Virus record (IMG/VR): IMGVR_UViG_3300008108_000016
Location: 32,001-96,000 of that record
Direction: 5' to 3' (one strand)
Length of the DNA: 64,000 bases
From: a virus
The stretch's first letter is position 1. Every line of letters begins with the position of its first letter. Below the pieces are notes generated by a model. That model was not told the origin of the DNA, searched no databases, and saw nothing but the letters and a program-made list of their open reading frames with translations. This document shows positions 31,810-41,590 of this stretch, piece by piece. A program made the position numbers and the translations under genes.

Positions 31810-31959
31810 TTATTTTTTATTATCTTCAATAATCTTATCAATAAGATATCTTCTAACATATGTTGGCATAGACAAAAATTCCGAGTATTGTGTTCTCAGA
31901 AATTTTGTCATAAAATAATATTCATCAAGTAGGTTTTTAGAATGATCAGAAGAAAGGCC
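31810..31959 (-). CDS. Frameshift-accessed C-terminal extension of the tail assembly chaperone (gpGT-like)
   Basis: The +1 frame after TTT TTT C is open for 49 codons: GLSSDHSKNLLDEYYFMTKFLRTQYSEFLSMPTYVRRYLIDKIIEDNKK*. Confidence 0.65.
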   Translation of the reverse strand, partial: GLSSDHSKNLLDEYYFMTKFLRTQYSEFLSMPTYVRRYLIDKIIEDNKK

Positions 31960-32710
31960 GAAAAAATTCCACCCCAAAAGTGATATTGGTCATCACTCTT
32001 TCTCCTGACGGGGCTATTACTTCTTTTGTTAGGTCTAATCTAGGTTCATTTTCCGCAATGAAATTCTTTATGTGTTTTGAATCCATTATAGGCATTGTTT
32101 CAATAAATTTGGAGATAAATCCTCTATCATCATTTCCATCAATTGACACAATCATTTTATTTAATCTAATAGTTTGAGTTGGTGGTATTCTACCTGACGG
32201 ATATTGATCAATGATACTATCAATCTCAATTAAATCTCCAATTGTCAATAATTTTAATTTAACCAAATTTCCACCTCTAGGTGATGTTGTTGTTAAATAT
32301 CCATTTTCATCTGGTTTGGCATCTGTTTTTCTTATATTAAGTTCGTCCAATAAAATTGATGATGAAAATTCTTTTCCTGTTGCAGGGTCTTTTAGAAGGA
32401 CATTATATTCAGGACCAAACGATGTGTTTCTTAAAAAGATCATTAAAGCCTCAATATCACCATCCAACATTTCGTCAGGTCTAAGGTCTGGTTCATAAAC
32501 CTTACCTCTCAATAAAGGTAAAACAATACTTTCTCTTATTGATTTATTAGGGTTAATATTTGATATGGTATTTTCATCAGTCGCAGTTAGATACCCAACT
32601 TTAACACTTTTCTTTTTTGATTTGTAAAAAATCCCATTAGATGGTAGTTTCACCACATCATGAGGTAAGTTAAAATCCATTTGACCATATTGATTAACAT
32701 CTTGTTCCAT
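31946..32710 (-). CDS. Tail assembly chaperone / T4 gp26-like hub assembly protein
   Basis: LPHDVVKLPSNG..YLTATDEN..GDIEALMIFLRNTSFG, ending GVEFFRPFF. Likely start MEQDVNQ at 32710. Lies between the tube and tape measure genes. Confidence 0.7.
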   Translation of the reverse strand: MEQDVNQYGQMDFNLPHDVVKLPSNGIFYKSKKKSVKVGYLTATDENTISNINPNKSIRESIVLPLLRGKVYEPDLRPDEMLDGDIEALMIFLRNTSFGPEYNVLLKDPATGKEFSSSILLDELNIRKTDAKPDENGYLTTTSPRGGNLVKLKLLTIGDLIEIDSIIDQYPSGRIPPTQTIRLNKMIVSIDGNDDRGFISKFIETMPIMDSKHIKNFIAENEPRLDLTKEVIAPSGERVMTNITFGVEFFRPFF

Positions 32711-32735
32711 AATATTTTTTATTTTAAATAATAAT

Positions 32736-34331
32736 TTAATTTGTTTTTTTATCAATACTTAATTCCCATCTCGTATTACCACAATCGTATATTCTATATA
32801 TTTTACGTTCAAACATAATTTCTTTTTCAGTTTTATTAGAATCAAATCCTTCTTTTATTAAAGATGATTTTTTAAAATTAAACCTATAATGTCTTTTATT
32901 TCCAATAACATACCAATAGTTTGGTTTTGATTGAGATATAAATTTGAAATTTAACTTTTCATATAAATCGCCCTTAAATAACCTAATATCAGAATATGAA
33001 ATTATTTTTTTAGGGTTATTTATTTTTATAAAATTTTTTAATAGTTTTGATGCCGACCCAATAACATTAGTATTTAATTTATTACAAAATCTATTTAATT
33101 CCCATTCATCTGTTTTACCTCCCATTATAATTCTCCCTTTTGAGAATGTCATAATAGAAACCATTTCGTCTTTAAAAAATAAACCTAATCTAACTCTTGA
33201 GTTAACGGATCCTTGAATATGGTTTTTCTCCAAAAAATCCTTACACTCTTTAAAACCAACTTCTCTTATTTCACATTTTCTAGCAAAAATTTTATTTTCA
33301 GATATTTTAATTTTATTTTTTATTATTGATTTTATAATTTCTTGATTGTATATCCATTCATCTTCAAAAATATGAATTAATTCAATATTCTCACCCTCAC
33401 ATTTTATTGTTTTTTCTAAATGATAAAATGGTGTTTTAAATAACTCATTATGCCAATATAAACCATTAAATTCTATACCTAAATTATAATCCGGAATAAA
33501 AACATCAACTTCAGTTTTTTTATTTTTTAATTTAAAATTTGTTAGATATTTAACACCTATAACATCTAAAAAATCACAAATCTCATTCTCATATCCACTC
33601 CTTTGTTTAAACCCTAAAGGATTACAATTTAAACAAACATCATAGTTTCTCTTATATCTTTCATATAATAATTGTTTTGTTAATTCAGACTTATTACCAC
33701 ATTTAGGACAATCAATTATAACAGATCCTTTTTTCACCTCATTAAAATATATTTCGGAATATAAATTCTTATATTCTTGAGTGATTCTATTGTGATAATT
33801 ATTTGATTTAGAATAATTATCTACACCATATTTTAATTCGCAAGTTTTTTTATATTTTTCAATATTATTGTAATTTTCATTACCATAATTAATTAACTTT
33901 GTGTATTTACTTTTCTCAATGTTATTATAATTTTCATCACCATAATTAATTAACTTTGTGTTTTTTTGTTTTTTAACAAATTCTTTGTGTTCTGGATAAA
34001 AGTCCACACCATATTTATCATTAAATGTCTTTTTTTGTCTTTTGATTAATTCTTCTTTTGAAGAATTGGCACAAGATAAAGAACAAAAATCACCATATGG
34101 TTTGTCAAATCTGTTTCTAAATTTAACTTCATTACCACACTTAAAGCATTTTGGTCTTTCTTTTAACTTATGAAAATAAAAATAAAGTTTCTCCTTGAAA
34201 GTTAGATCTTGATTTAAAGTTTTTGAGTATTCAATTATACTATTATATAATTCTAACTCATTTTTCATTAACCATTTTTCGTTGGTCTTATATCCTGATT
34301 TATTATTGATTGTGAAAAATGAAAAATCCAT
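32736..34331 (-). mobile_element. Free-standing homing endonuclease gene (Hef/Vsr-like PD-(D/E)XK nuclease with zinc-finger and KYG repeats)
   Basis: CxxC pairs, KYGV repeats, EVDVFIPDYNLGIEFNGLYWH..IFEDEW and a C-terminal ELNRFC..RIYDCG domain; very AT/Lys-rich; interrupts tube-chaperone synteny. Confidence 0.75.
33865..33961. repeat. 60-nt tandem duplication inside the homing endonuclease
   Basis: TKLINYG(D/N)ENYNNIEK occurs twice with near-identical DNA (accataattaattaactttgtgt). Confidence 0.8.
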
Positions 34332-34390
34332 ACACTTATTTTTAAATAAATATATGGATTAATATTTTGGTTGTAAAGGGTATGTAAAAA

Positions 34391-34879
34391 CTAGTACACG
34401 AGTATACAACGATCCATACGAAGTGTTGCTGAAATATCCGCAAGAGCATCTTGACTATAAGATAATGAACCAAAGTTTACGTCAGTTAAAAAAGTTCCCT
34501 CCAATATCCATTTTTCAACAACAACTCCTGTTGGATCCAACATCTCAATATCAACATTTTTCTTATATCCCGCAGCATAACCCATACGACCTGTTACAGA
34601 TTCAGCACATAAACGAACCCATTCCATAAGAGCCTGTGATGCTGATGGTCCGATTGGGTCACGGAATTTAACCTGAATAGGATCCCAGTTAAATCTACCA
34701 GCAACAAATGTTGAGGTGTTTAAGAATTGTATTTCAGTTGAACCGATTTTTATTGATGGTCTTGCGGCACTTTCCACAAACCACTCATTAATACCCAAAC
34801 TAGATGGGAATCTTATAATAAATCGGTTTTGTCTTTTCGGTTCGTAAGGAACTGGCATTTTCATTAATAAATCAGCCAT
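34391..34879 (-). CDS. Tail tube protein (T4 gp19-like)
   Basis: YEPKRQNRF..AGRFNWDPIQVKFRDPI..EW..GYKKNVDIEMLDPTGVVVEKWILEG..LRMD. Confidence 0.9.
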   Translation of the reverse strand: MADLLMKMPVPYEPKRQNRFIIRFPSSLGINEWFVESAARPSIKIGSTEIQFLNTSTFVAGRFNWDPIQVKFRDPIGPSASQALMEWVRLCAESVTGRMGYAAGYKKNVDIEMLDPTGVVVEKWILEGTFLTDVNFGSLSYSQDALADISATLRMDRCILVY

Positions 34880-34944
34880 GGTTTTTTAGTTTTAAATTTC
34901 TGTTTATTTTTATTATAAATATATCGTTATTAAAATTTTTCTAT

Positions 34945-35844
34945 TTACTTTGATTTAATTTTTGATATCATCCTTTTAACTAGTTGCTCATAAATATTTT
35001 TTTCATCTCCTTTTGTATGATAAGTTCTTAATATATTATCATCTTTCTTTTCAAAATGTTTTTTCATTGATTCAATATTTCTTATGTCATCATCTGAAAA
35101 ACCTACCATAGGGGTAAATGGAACAAAATTATTACTAACATCATTCACAAATTGATATTCTTTCTTTTGAAGTCTTAATGAAAGTTTCTTTACATAACTT
35201 ATAAATTCTTCCATTGCTCTTATTTTACCTTCTTCAGGATTGGTTGCGGATCCTGCACCATATGAAACAGGATAAAATCTACATCTATCAAGGTAATCTT
35301 TTATTAATGAATTTTCATCATCAATAAATTTTAACCCCATTTTTCTTCTATACTCCTTAAGACTCTCCACTAGTTTTGATCTATTAAGACCTCCTCTTCC
35401 CATCATTATTAATTTGTAAACACCTTTTTTAAGTGTATTAGGGTGGTGACCTCTTGCTGTGATGATTGAAAATATTGACCCGTTATTGATTGCCTCAACA
35501 AAATCAGACCAAGGCTCTCTCACTAAAGGGGCGGTCTCAATATCCTTCATAAACTTTTGATCCCCAAGAGTACTAAAATATCTAAATGGAGTTTCGGCAA
35601 AACCAACAATAGTACTACCATTATATTTAAATGGAGTTTTTCCAATTTCAGTTCTGTATTCCGCAAAGTCTTCGGTTGACATGCCAACCTCATCTCCGTT
35701 TTCATCTAAAAGAATAATCTCCGTTGGCATTTTCATAAGATTATCATCCCAATCAAACGCATAATATTTAAGACCATACTTTTTTGATTCAACCTCATTA
35801 ACCATTTCGGTCATAATCTGCCTAACTAATATTCTATGATTCAT
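34945..35844 (-). CDS. HAD-superfamily phosphatase
   Basis: Motif I FDWDDNL, motif II ITARGH, motif III K, motif IV GFSDDD. The likely start is MNHRIL at 35844. Confidence 0.7.
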   Translation of the reverse strand: MNHRILVRQIMTEMVNEVESKKYGLKYYAFDWDDNLMKMPTEIILLDENGDEVGMSTEDFAEYRTEIGKTPFKYNGSTIVGFAETPFRYFSTLGDQKFMKDIETAPLVREPWSDFVEAINNGSIFSIITARGHHPNTLKKGVYKLIMMGRGGLNRSKLVESLKEYRRKMGLKFIDDENSLIKDYLDRCRFYPVSYGAGSATNPEEGKIRAMEEFISYVKKLSLRLQKKEYQFVNDVSNNFVPFTPMVGFSDDDIRNIESMKKHFEKKDDNILRTYHTKGDEKNIYEQLVKRMISKIKSK

Positions 35845-35865
35845 AATAATAAATATCATATAAAT

Positions 35866-35892
35866 AAAAAAAGGGAGAATTAATCTCCCTTT
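35866..35892 (-). terminator. Intrinsic terminator after the tail sheath gene
   Basis: AAAGGGAGA-ATTAA-TCTCCCTTT with a U-run on the minus strand. Confidence 0.75.
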
Positions 35893-35909
35893 CCTTTTTC
35901 ATTTTATCA

Positions 35910-38900
35910 TTAGATATTCTCAAATGATGCTCCCGTAGGTGTTATATAGAATGTGATATCTATAAATTCTAACGAACGAGTTGGTTTGATGTAAATCTTA
36001 CCTGTCATTTGATTTCTATCAAGATCCGCAGTATCTGAAGAAACTGTTACTCGGAAATCATATAAACCTCTATCTCTTCTGATTGAATCCAAAATTGGGT
36101 TAACCGCATTTAGGAAGTCCTGTCTTACTTGTTCGTCATTTTGATCAAACAATAATCTTACAGAAACCGCAGATATTAATTTACGTGCCTGTAACAATAA
36201 TCTTCTTACGTTGATTCTGTCAAGTGCAGATTCTCTAACTTGTAGAGTTTTATTACCCCAAATTACTGTACCAACATCAGAGAAAGTTGCAATTGGGTTA
36301 ATTCTTCCGATATAAAGAGTATCTCTATCTTCTTGAGTTAACTTCTTACGTGCTTTAACTGAATTTACAATACCACGAGTATAACCCGCCGCTGCGAACC
36401 AAGGGAATGCAATATTATCAGTTAACGCCAAGTTTCTCGTTACTTCCGCGGTTGCTGGAATATAAATTTGAGTGTTGTTAACCGTATCACGAGTTAATAC
36501 CCAAGGGTAGTAAGTTGCGGTGTAATTAGAGTCAATTCCCGCCTCTTCTAGATTGTCAACCGCCTCTTGTGGGTAAATCAAATTATCTCCACTTGTGGTT
36601 GTTGGAACAAACAAATTGTAGTCAGGAGTTGTTGTAATATACAACGAATCCGCTCTTTCATTTTCAATCATATCAATTGTATCACCAACAAGGTCTGAAT
36701 TATTAACATAATCAATACCAGGAGTTACAAATAAATTGATGTTAACCGCTTCAGGGTTAGAGAATGATCTAATACCCAATAGGTATGCGTAGTAGTCAGT
36801 ATTTGCCCAACTTCTTGTACCATCCCCAAGAGATATTTGTTTAAACGCTCCCCATCCAGTAGCCGTAGGATATCTATCAGTTGCACACGCTCCGTTTAAG
36901 AATCCTGTTCTACCAAGAACATATCTATCTCCGTTTGTTCTATACTCTCTATAGATATCCCATCCATCAAATCCTCCTTGTACGAACAATGTGAACTTTC
37001 TTGAGAATAATCTATAGTATGGACTTGTTTCATTTGTAGGTTCTGAACTAAACGCCGCGTCACCAACATAGAATCTTGGAGTACCACTTGTTGAGAAAGC
37101 ACTTCCGATTGTTAGTCCACTAGCGTTTTTATCCATGTGATAACCTCTAGTTTTATATGACCATTCGGCACCTTCCAAATCACAAGGAGAAATAGGATTT
37201 CTCTTACCAACATAATCAAAGAAGTCAGAATCATAACCCCAGAAGTTTGACATACCAAGATAAGTTCTTCTTACATTATCACCTCCTGTTGTTGTTGTAT
37301 TGTCTCCTCCTGTAGGTAATCCAAATGGTGGGTTGTAAATAACTTCACCAGGGAAATCATATTTGGTTTTGAAAATAGGGAATGGAGATCTTGCTCCCGC
37401 ATATTCTCTAAATGTAAACCCTTCAAATCCACAAGGTAGAGCATCAACTGGTGCGTCCTCATTCATTTCAACCATAATGAATTTAGAATTCAATTGGTAT
37501 TCACCATCCAATGTACCTACTTTTTTCGCAATGAAGTTATTTTGACTTGGATCCATAGAACAGTTTGTGAATTTCTCAAGAACTGTTGGTGCTGAGTCTG
37601 TGTCAAAATAATCACGAACTAACACTGTAAATGTTTGGTTAGCAAATGAAATATCTGTAATTGAAAGTTTAACTTCAGTGTTTGCAGAATTACCATCAGC
37701 AATTGTGTAGAACTTAAATAAGTTGTAAACTTTATTACCTCTCAATTCCGAAACAACCCAAGGAGAACTTGGAGATTGGTATCTATCCAAGTACCATCCA
37801 ATGGATGTAGATGAAGCACTTTGTGCTGAGTCCAAAGAAATTAAAGAAGAACTTAAACCTCTAATATATCCTTTTCTATATGCATAATTCAATAGAGATT
37901 GGAATCTTTCTTCCAAGAAAACCGGAACCGTATTTCTTGGTTTACCAAAGTTACTAGTACCAAATACTTTAGTCATGTATTTTGCGTCAGAAGTTGACAT
38001 TGAAGTTTCAAAACTAAAGTTGGTTCCTTCATAATTTGTTACATTAACCAAGAATGGTAAGTATGGGTTTTTAGAAACTCCTGAATACGCTCCCGTCATA
38101 TCTAAAGTAACATCAGTAATTCCTGTTACTTCCCAAGTTGGATTTGTTCCGTCAGTATAATCTGCAATACCTCTTGATCTTAATGTTGCCACAACTAAAT
38201 TATCATAATCCGTAAATGTGTTTCCTGTGTAGTAGTAAAGTCTACCAATCACACTACCTGAATAACAAGTTGTTATTTCACCAAGGTCTTGTGTTCCACC
38301 GCTTGTGAAATTACAAGGATTACATGGATCATTTACAACAACATTAACCACCCAAGTTGTAGTTGTAGAACCATCTTCGGAAGTTAAAGTGTAGGTAACA
38401 GTTCCCGCAGAGAAATTAACAACAGTTGTATTACTTACTTGTGTTACACTTTCCGCAGTAACTCCTGTTGTACAAGCACTGAATGTCGGTGTTAAAGCCG
38501 ATAAATCACCTGTAAACCCTGAAGGTAAACAAACATTAATTACATTTGTATTGTAATTGATAACACCAGAAGTACCACTAATACTATAATCGTAGAATGA
38601 CGCACAATTTGTTGATGTAGTGGTTGCGGTCACACCAGTTACATAACTATAAAATGAAAAACCTGTATAATTTCCATTACCTGTATTATCAAACAATGCG
38701 TAATACCAAGAATCATTAAGAGGTGAAGTTAAATCAGTATCATCAAATGAAACTGAAGGAACATCAAATCTGTTATTACTTGTTCCTGCAGAAAAAATTG
38801 GATTTAATATATTATAATCATCAGTATCTATTGACCCAAAGTAGTCAATTATTGTTTGACCTGTAAGAGGATCATCTAATGTAATAATGTCAAAAATAGT

Positions 38901-39479
38901 TTCAGTGATATTATCATTAAGAGATGAGGTTCCCCCATTGAATTGAGTATAAGGTTCTGTTAATATTGATTGAATCTCATCAGGGAATGAATTCAAGAAT
39001 GAAATAGTTGTTTGTGAATTATTACACCCACTAAAATCAACTGTAAAATCCAAAGTGTTTGCGGATGTACAAACGAAATCACAATCTACCGTAACACCAC
39101 TAGCACAATTAAATCCTACGGTTGCGGGATCAACATTTGCTGTTGTTACAATAGACCAAGAAGGTCCTGCATCATAACCCGATAATCCTAATATTCTGGT
39201 TACAAATAATTGATTTGATTGTTGTAAATATGATTTAGCGATATATGCTGCCTCATATTTAGGAATTTGAGTATTCACAAATTTTTCAGGTGAAGTTCCT
39301 CCGAAATAAGTTGTAAACTCATCGTAGTTTCTAATGAAGATAGGTTCAAATGCAGGGCCTTTTAAAGTCTCTCCCGCAATACCTAAAGTTGTTACACCAA
39401 CACTTTGAGCCACAAAACTTAAATCTACTTCAGAAGTATAAACACCCGGTGATACAAATACTTTACTGTTAGTTGCCAT
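35910..39479 (-). CDS. Tail sheath protein (T4 gp18-like), enlarged to 1189 aa
   Basis: FVSPGVYTSEVDLS, GPAFEP, YYPW, PWFAAAGYTRG, INPIATF, WGNKTLQ, LDRINVRRLL, IKPTRSLEFI. Confidence 0.95.
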   Translation of the reverse strand: MATNSKVFVSPGVYTSEVDLSFVAQSVGVTTLGIAGETLKGPAFEPIFIRNYDEFTTYFGGTSPEKFVNTQIPKYEAAYIAKSYLQQSNQLFVTRILGLSGYDAGPSWSIVTTANVDPATVGFNCASGVTVDCDFVCTSANTLDFTVDFSGCNNSQTTISFLNSFPDEIQSILTEPYTQFNGGTSSLNDNITETIFDIITLDDPLTGQTIIDYFGSIDTDDYNILNPIFSAGTSNNRFDVPSVSFDDTDLTSPLNDSWYYALFDNTGNGNYTGFSFYSYVTGVTATTTSTNCASFYDYSISGTSGVINYNTNVINVCLPSGFTGDLSALTPTFSACTTGVTAESVTQVSNTTVVNFSAGTVTYTLTSEDGSTTTTWVVNVVVNDPCNPCNFTSGGTQDLGEITTCYSGSVIGRLYYYTGNTFTDYDNLVVATLRSRGIADYTDGTNPTWEVTGITDVTLDMTGAYSGVSKNPYLPFLVNVTNYEGTNFSFETSMSTSDAKYMTKVFGTSNFGKPRNTVPVFLEERFQSLLNYAYRKGYIRGLSSSLISLDSAQSASSTSIGWYLDRYQSPSSPWVVSELRGNKVYNLFKFYTIADGNSANTEVKLSITDISFANQTFTVLVRDYFDTDSAPTVLEKFTNCSMDPSQNNFIAKKVGTLDGEYQLNSKFIMVEMNEDAPVDALPCGFEGFTFREYAGARSPFPIFKTKYDFPGEVIYNPPFGLPTGGDNTTTTGGDNVRRTYLGMSNFWGYDSDFFDYVGKRNPISPCDLEGAEWSYKTRGYHMDKNASGLTIGSAFSTSGTPRFYVGDAAFSSEPTNETSPYYRLFSRKFTLFVQGGFDGWDIYREYRTNGDRYVLGRTGFLNGACATDRYPTATGWGAFKQISLGDGTRSWANTDYYAYLLGIRSFSNPEAVNINLFVTPGIDYVNNSDLVGDTIDMIENERADSLYITTTPDYNLFVPTTTSGDNLIYPQEAVDNLEEAGIDSNYTATYYPWVLTRDTVNNTQIYIPATAEVTRNLALTDNIAFPWFAAAGYTRGIVNSVKARKKLTQEDRDTLYIGRINPIATFSDVGTVIWGNKTLQVRESALDRINVRRLLLQARKLISAVSVRLLFDQNDEQVRQDFLNAVNPILDSIRRDRGLYDFRVTVSSDTADLDRNQMTGKIYIKPTRSLEFIDITFYITPTGASFENI

Positions 39480-39509
39480 TTTGTCTTTTTTAATTTATAG
39501 ATTTATTTT

Positions 39510-39537
39510 ATTATATAAATATTGATGTTTTTGTCAA
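39510..39537 (-). promoter_or_regulatory. Candidate sheath promoter, overlapping the TATTTATA motif
   Basis: Minus strand reads TTGACA-N16-TATAAT; TATTTATA at 39514-39521. Confidence 0.55.
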
Positions 39538-39600
39538 AAACTTTACTTATATAAAAGTATTTATATCTTGGTGAGATTTTATTCTGCCTTTTTTCTACCT

Positions 39601-39762
39601 ATGGAAAACGAAGAAAAAAAAATAAAGAATTTGAAGATATCAATTGATGTTCACAATGTTTTAAAAAAGTATTGTGATAAAAGAGGTATTAAAATGTATA
39701 AGTTTTTGGAAAATCTTATTCTTGAAAAATGTCAAGAAAAAAAAGATATCTATGGTGAGTAA
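39601..39762 (+). CDS. Small ribbon-helix-helix-like DNA-binding protein
   Basis: MENEEKKIKNLKISIDVHNVLKKYCDKRGIKMYKFLENLI shows a beta-alpha-alpha pattern; TATTTATA at 39558-39565 upstream. Confidence 0.6.
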   Translation: MENEEKKIKNLKISIDVHNVLKKYCDKRGIKMYKFLENLILEKCQEKKDIYGE

Positions 39763-40800
39763 TTATAATAACTCTTGAGTAAAGATTAAAATTGCATCAT
39801 CAAACCCAACATTTTTTACCACATCAATTTGTAGTTGATCCCCATTATTAATTTGGATCTCCTCAACGTTATTACCATAATAATCCCCATTAATATAAAC
39901 ATCAAAATTATCCACATTCAAAGAATAGGATGGTTTAAGATTAACATTATAATTAAATGTCTTAATTGTTTGAGTTATACCTGACGGATAATTAACTTCA
40001 TAATTTGATGGTGGATTTGGTTCTTCTTTTTTTTGTTTTCTCTTTTTTGTTGAAGTATCTGTTTCATACATTTGAAATATTCTTGAGATTGCAGGAGAAA
40101 CCTCAAACTCCTCTTCATCAATTAAAAACCCTAAAAGAGTGAAGTTATATTTTTGAATGTAGACTTTTCTCTTCTCAAGATCAAAAGAAGATTCATCTTG
40201 TATATCATCATTTACTATTGGAATATAGTGTCCTTTAATAACTTGATATGCTTGTCTTGATGAGAATTTTTCTAAAACTATTTGATTGAATTTATTTAAT
40301 TCCCTCATTCTATTACAAACTATTATAACAGTATATTTTATATCAACAGGCACTGGTTGTGGAATTTTATATATATCCATACCATGTCTTTGTCCATCCC
40401 AAGTTGGGACTTGAGCATAATAATATTGTCTTCTATTGGGGATATTATATCGTAAAGCGGGATTAGTTCCGTATTTAGGAACAGGGTCTCTAACTACCGT
40501 AATAAATGGAGGTTCGGCATTTCTATCAATATTTTGGAAGTTCCAAGTCTCCACGAATTGAGACCAATTTTGTGTTGATATTAAGATATCCACCATTGGT
40601 ACTGTCTTACCCTCAACCACACAAGTTAATTCATCTCTAACGAAATCCAAAAATCCACGATCCAAATCTGCATGAAGTAATGATTTGGGAAGATATGTTC
40701 CATCTCTCTCAATTAGCTCTTTTAATTCCTCTCTTCTTGGGTATAATGTTTTTGGTTCAACAAGAGGTAAATATTTTTTTATTTTTTTTGGTAATGGCAT
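39763..40800 (-). CDS. Neck / tail-completion protein (T4 gp15-like)
   Basis: DIYKIPQPVPVDIKYTV..MRELNKFNQ; position between neck and sheath genes. Confidence 0.55.
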   Translation of the reverse strand: MPLPKKIKKYLPLVEPKTLYPRREELKELIERDGTYLPKSLLHADLDRGFLDFVRDELTCVVEGKTVPMVDILISTQNWSQFVETWNFQNIDRNAEPPFITVVRDPVPKYGTNPALRYNIPNRRQYYYAQVPTWDGQRHGMDIYKIPQPVPVDIKYTVIIVCNRMRELNKFNQIVLEKFSSRQAYQVIKGHYIPIVNDDIQDESSFDLEKRKVYIQKYNFTLLGFLIDEEEFEVSPAISRIFQMYETDTSTKKRKQKKEEPNPPSNYEVNYPSGITQTIKTFNYNVNLKPSYSLNVDNFDVYINGDYYGNNVEEIQINNGDQLQIDVVKNVGFDDAILIFTQELL

Positions 40801-40802
40801 AA

Positions 40803-41320
40803 TTATAATCCTCTAAATTCGTTAGGACCAACGTAAGAAGCAACAATAGTTCTATAGAAAGGTCGGTAACCAGCGTAGGTATGTTTATTGTCGGACACAA
40901 CACGACCATCATTATTTACAGAATAATATCTAACATTTGTTTCGCTTTCATAATATCCAATGTAATCACCATAATTTATATCAATATCAAGATCTTCTAA
41001 TGTCTTTTGATATACCGATATTCTAATATTACCTGGTTCCATCTGTTCTATTTTTGAAGATCCCATATTTTTATTTTCAGGAGCCATAACTTGGACAAAC
41101 GCATTAAATTCTACGGGAGGTAAAAACTTAATTCCATCCTCAACTGTTTCACCATAAACATCATCAGTTTTTGTTTTTTGTCTATCAATACGATAAAGAA
41201 CACAAGTGAAATTCATATCACCGATCAACCATTCTTCACCAAGCGATATTTCTAAAAAAAAAAATCTTCTTCGGAGAAGAATTTACCAAGCCTTGTTATA
41301 GGTACTTTGTTATTTGACAT
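40803..41320 (-). CDS. Head-closure / neck protein (gp14-like), frame broken by a T11 tract
   Basis: ATG at 41320 gives MSNNKVPITRLGKFFSEEDFFF*. After the T11 tract (41254-41264) another frame continues LEISLGEEWLIGDMNFTCVLYRID...DDVYGE. Confidence 0.65.
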
Positions 41321-41539
41321 ATAAGTTATGTTTTTTTACAAATTTATGTATAATTTTATTATTACATCCGTAGATTTTACCAATCTGAACATAGTTTAAT
41401 CCATTTATTAAATGGTTTTTTATATCACTAACCACTAAATTATAAATATTAGATTTTGGTTTATATATCCCATATTGTCTTAATTTTTTATTTCATTAGT
41501 ATAAGGACAATATAAACCATATAATTCAAACTTATCCAT
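41310..41539 (-). pseudogene. Internally deleted GIY-YIG-type homing endonuclease remnant
   Basis: N-terminus MDKFELYGLYCPYTNEIK is joined out of frame to an HTH-like C-terminus NKKLRQYGIYK...GLNYVQIGKIYGCNNKIIHKFVKKHNLYVK*. Confidence 0.55.
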
Positions 41540-41590
41540 ATTATTGATAAATATCCAAATATTGATTATTATTAGTATAAATTAACTATT

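Noticed and set aside
31861-31873. 13-nt match TGTTGGCATAGAC to the polymerase leader (49396-49408, opposite strand)
   Set aside because: Matches of this length are expected by chance in 64 kb and there is no extension.
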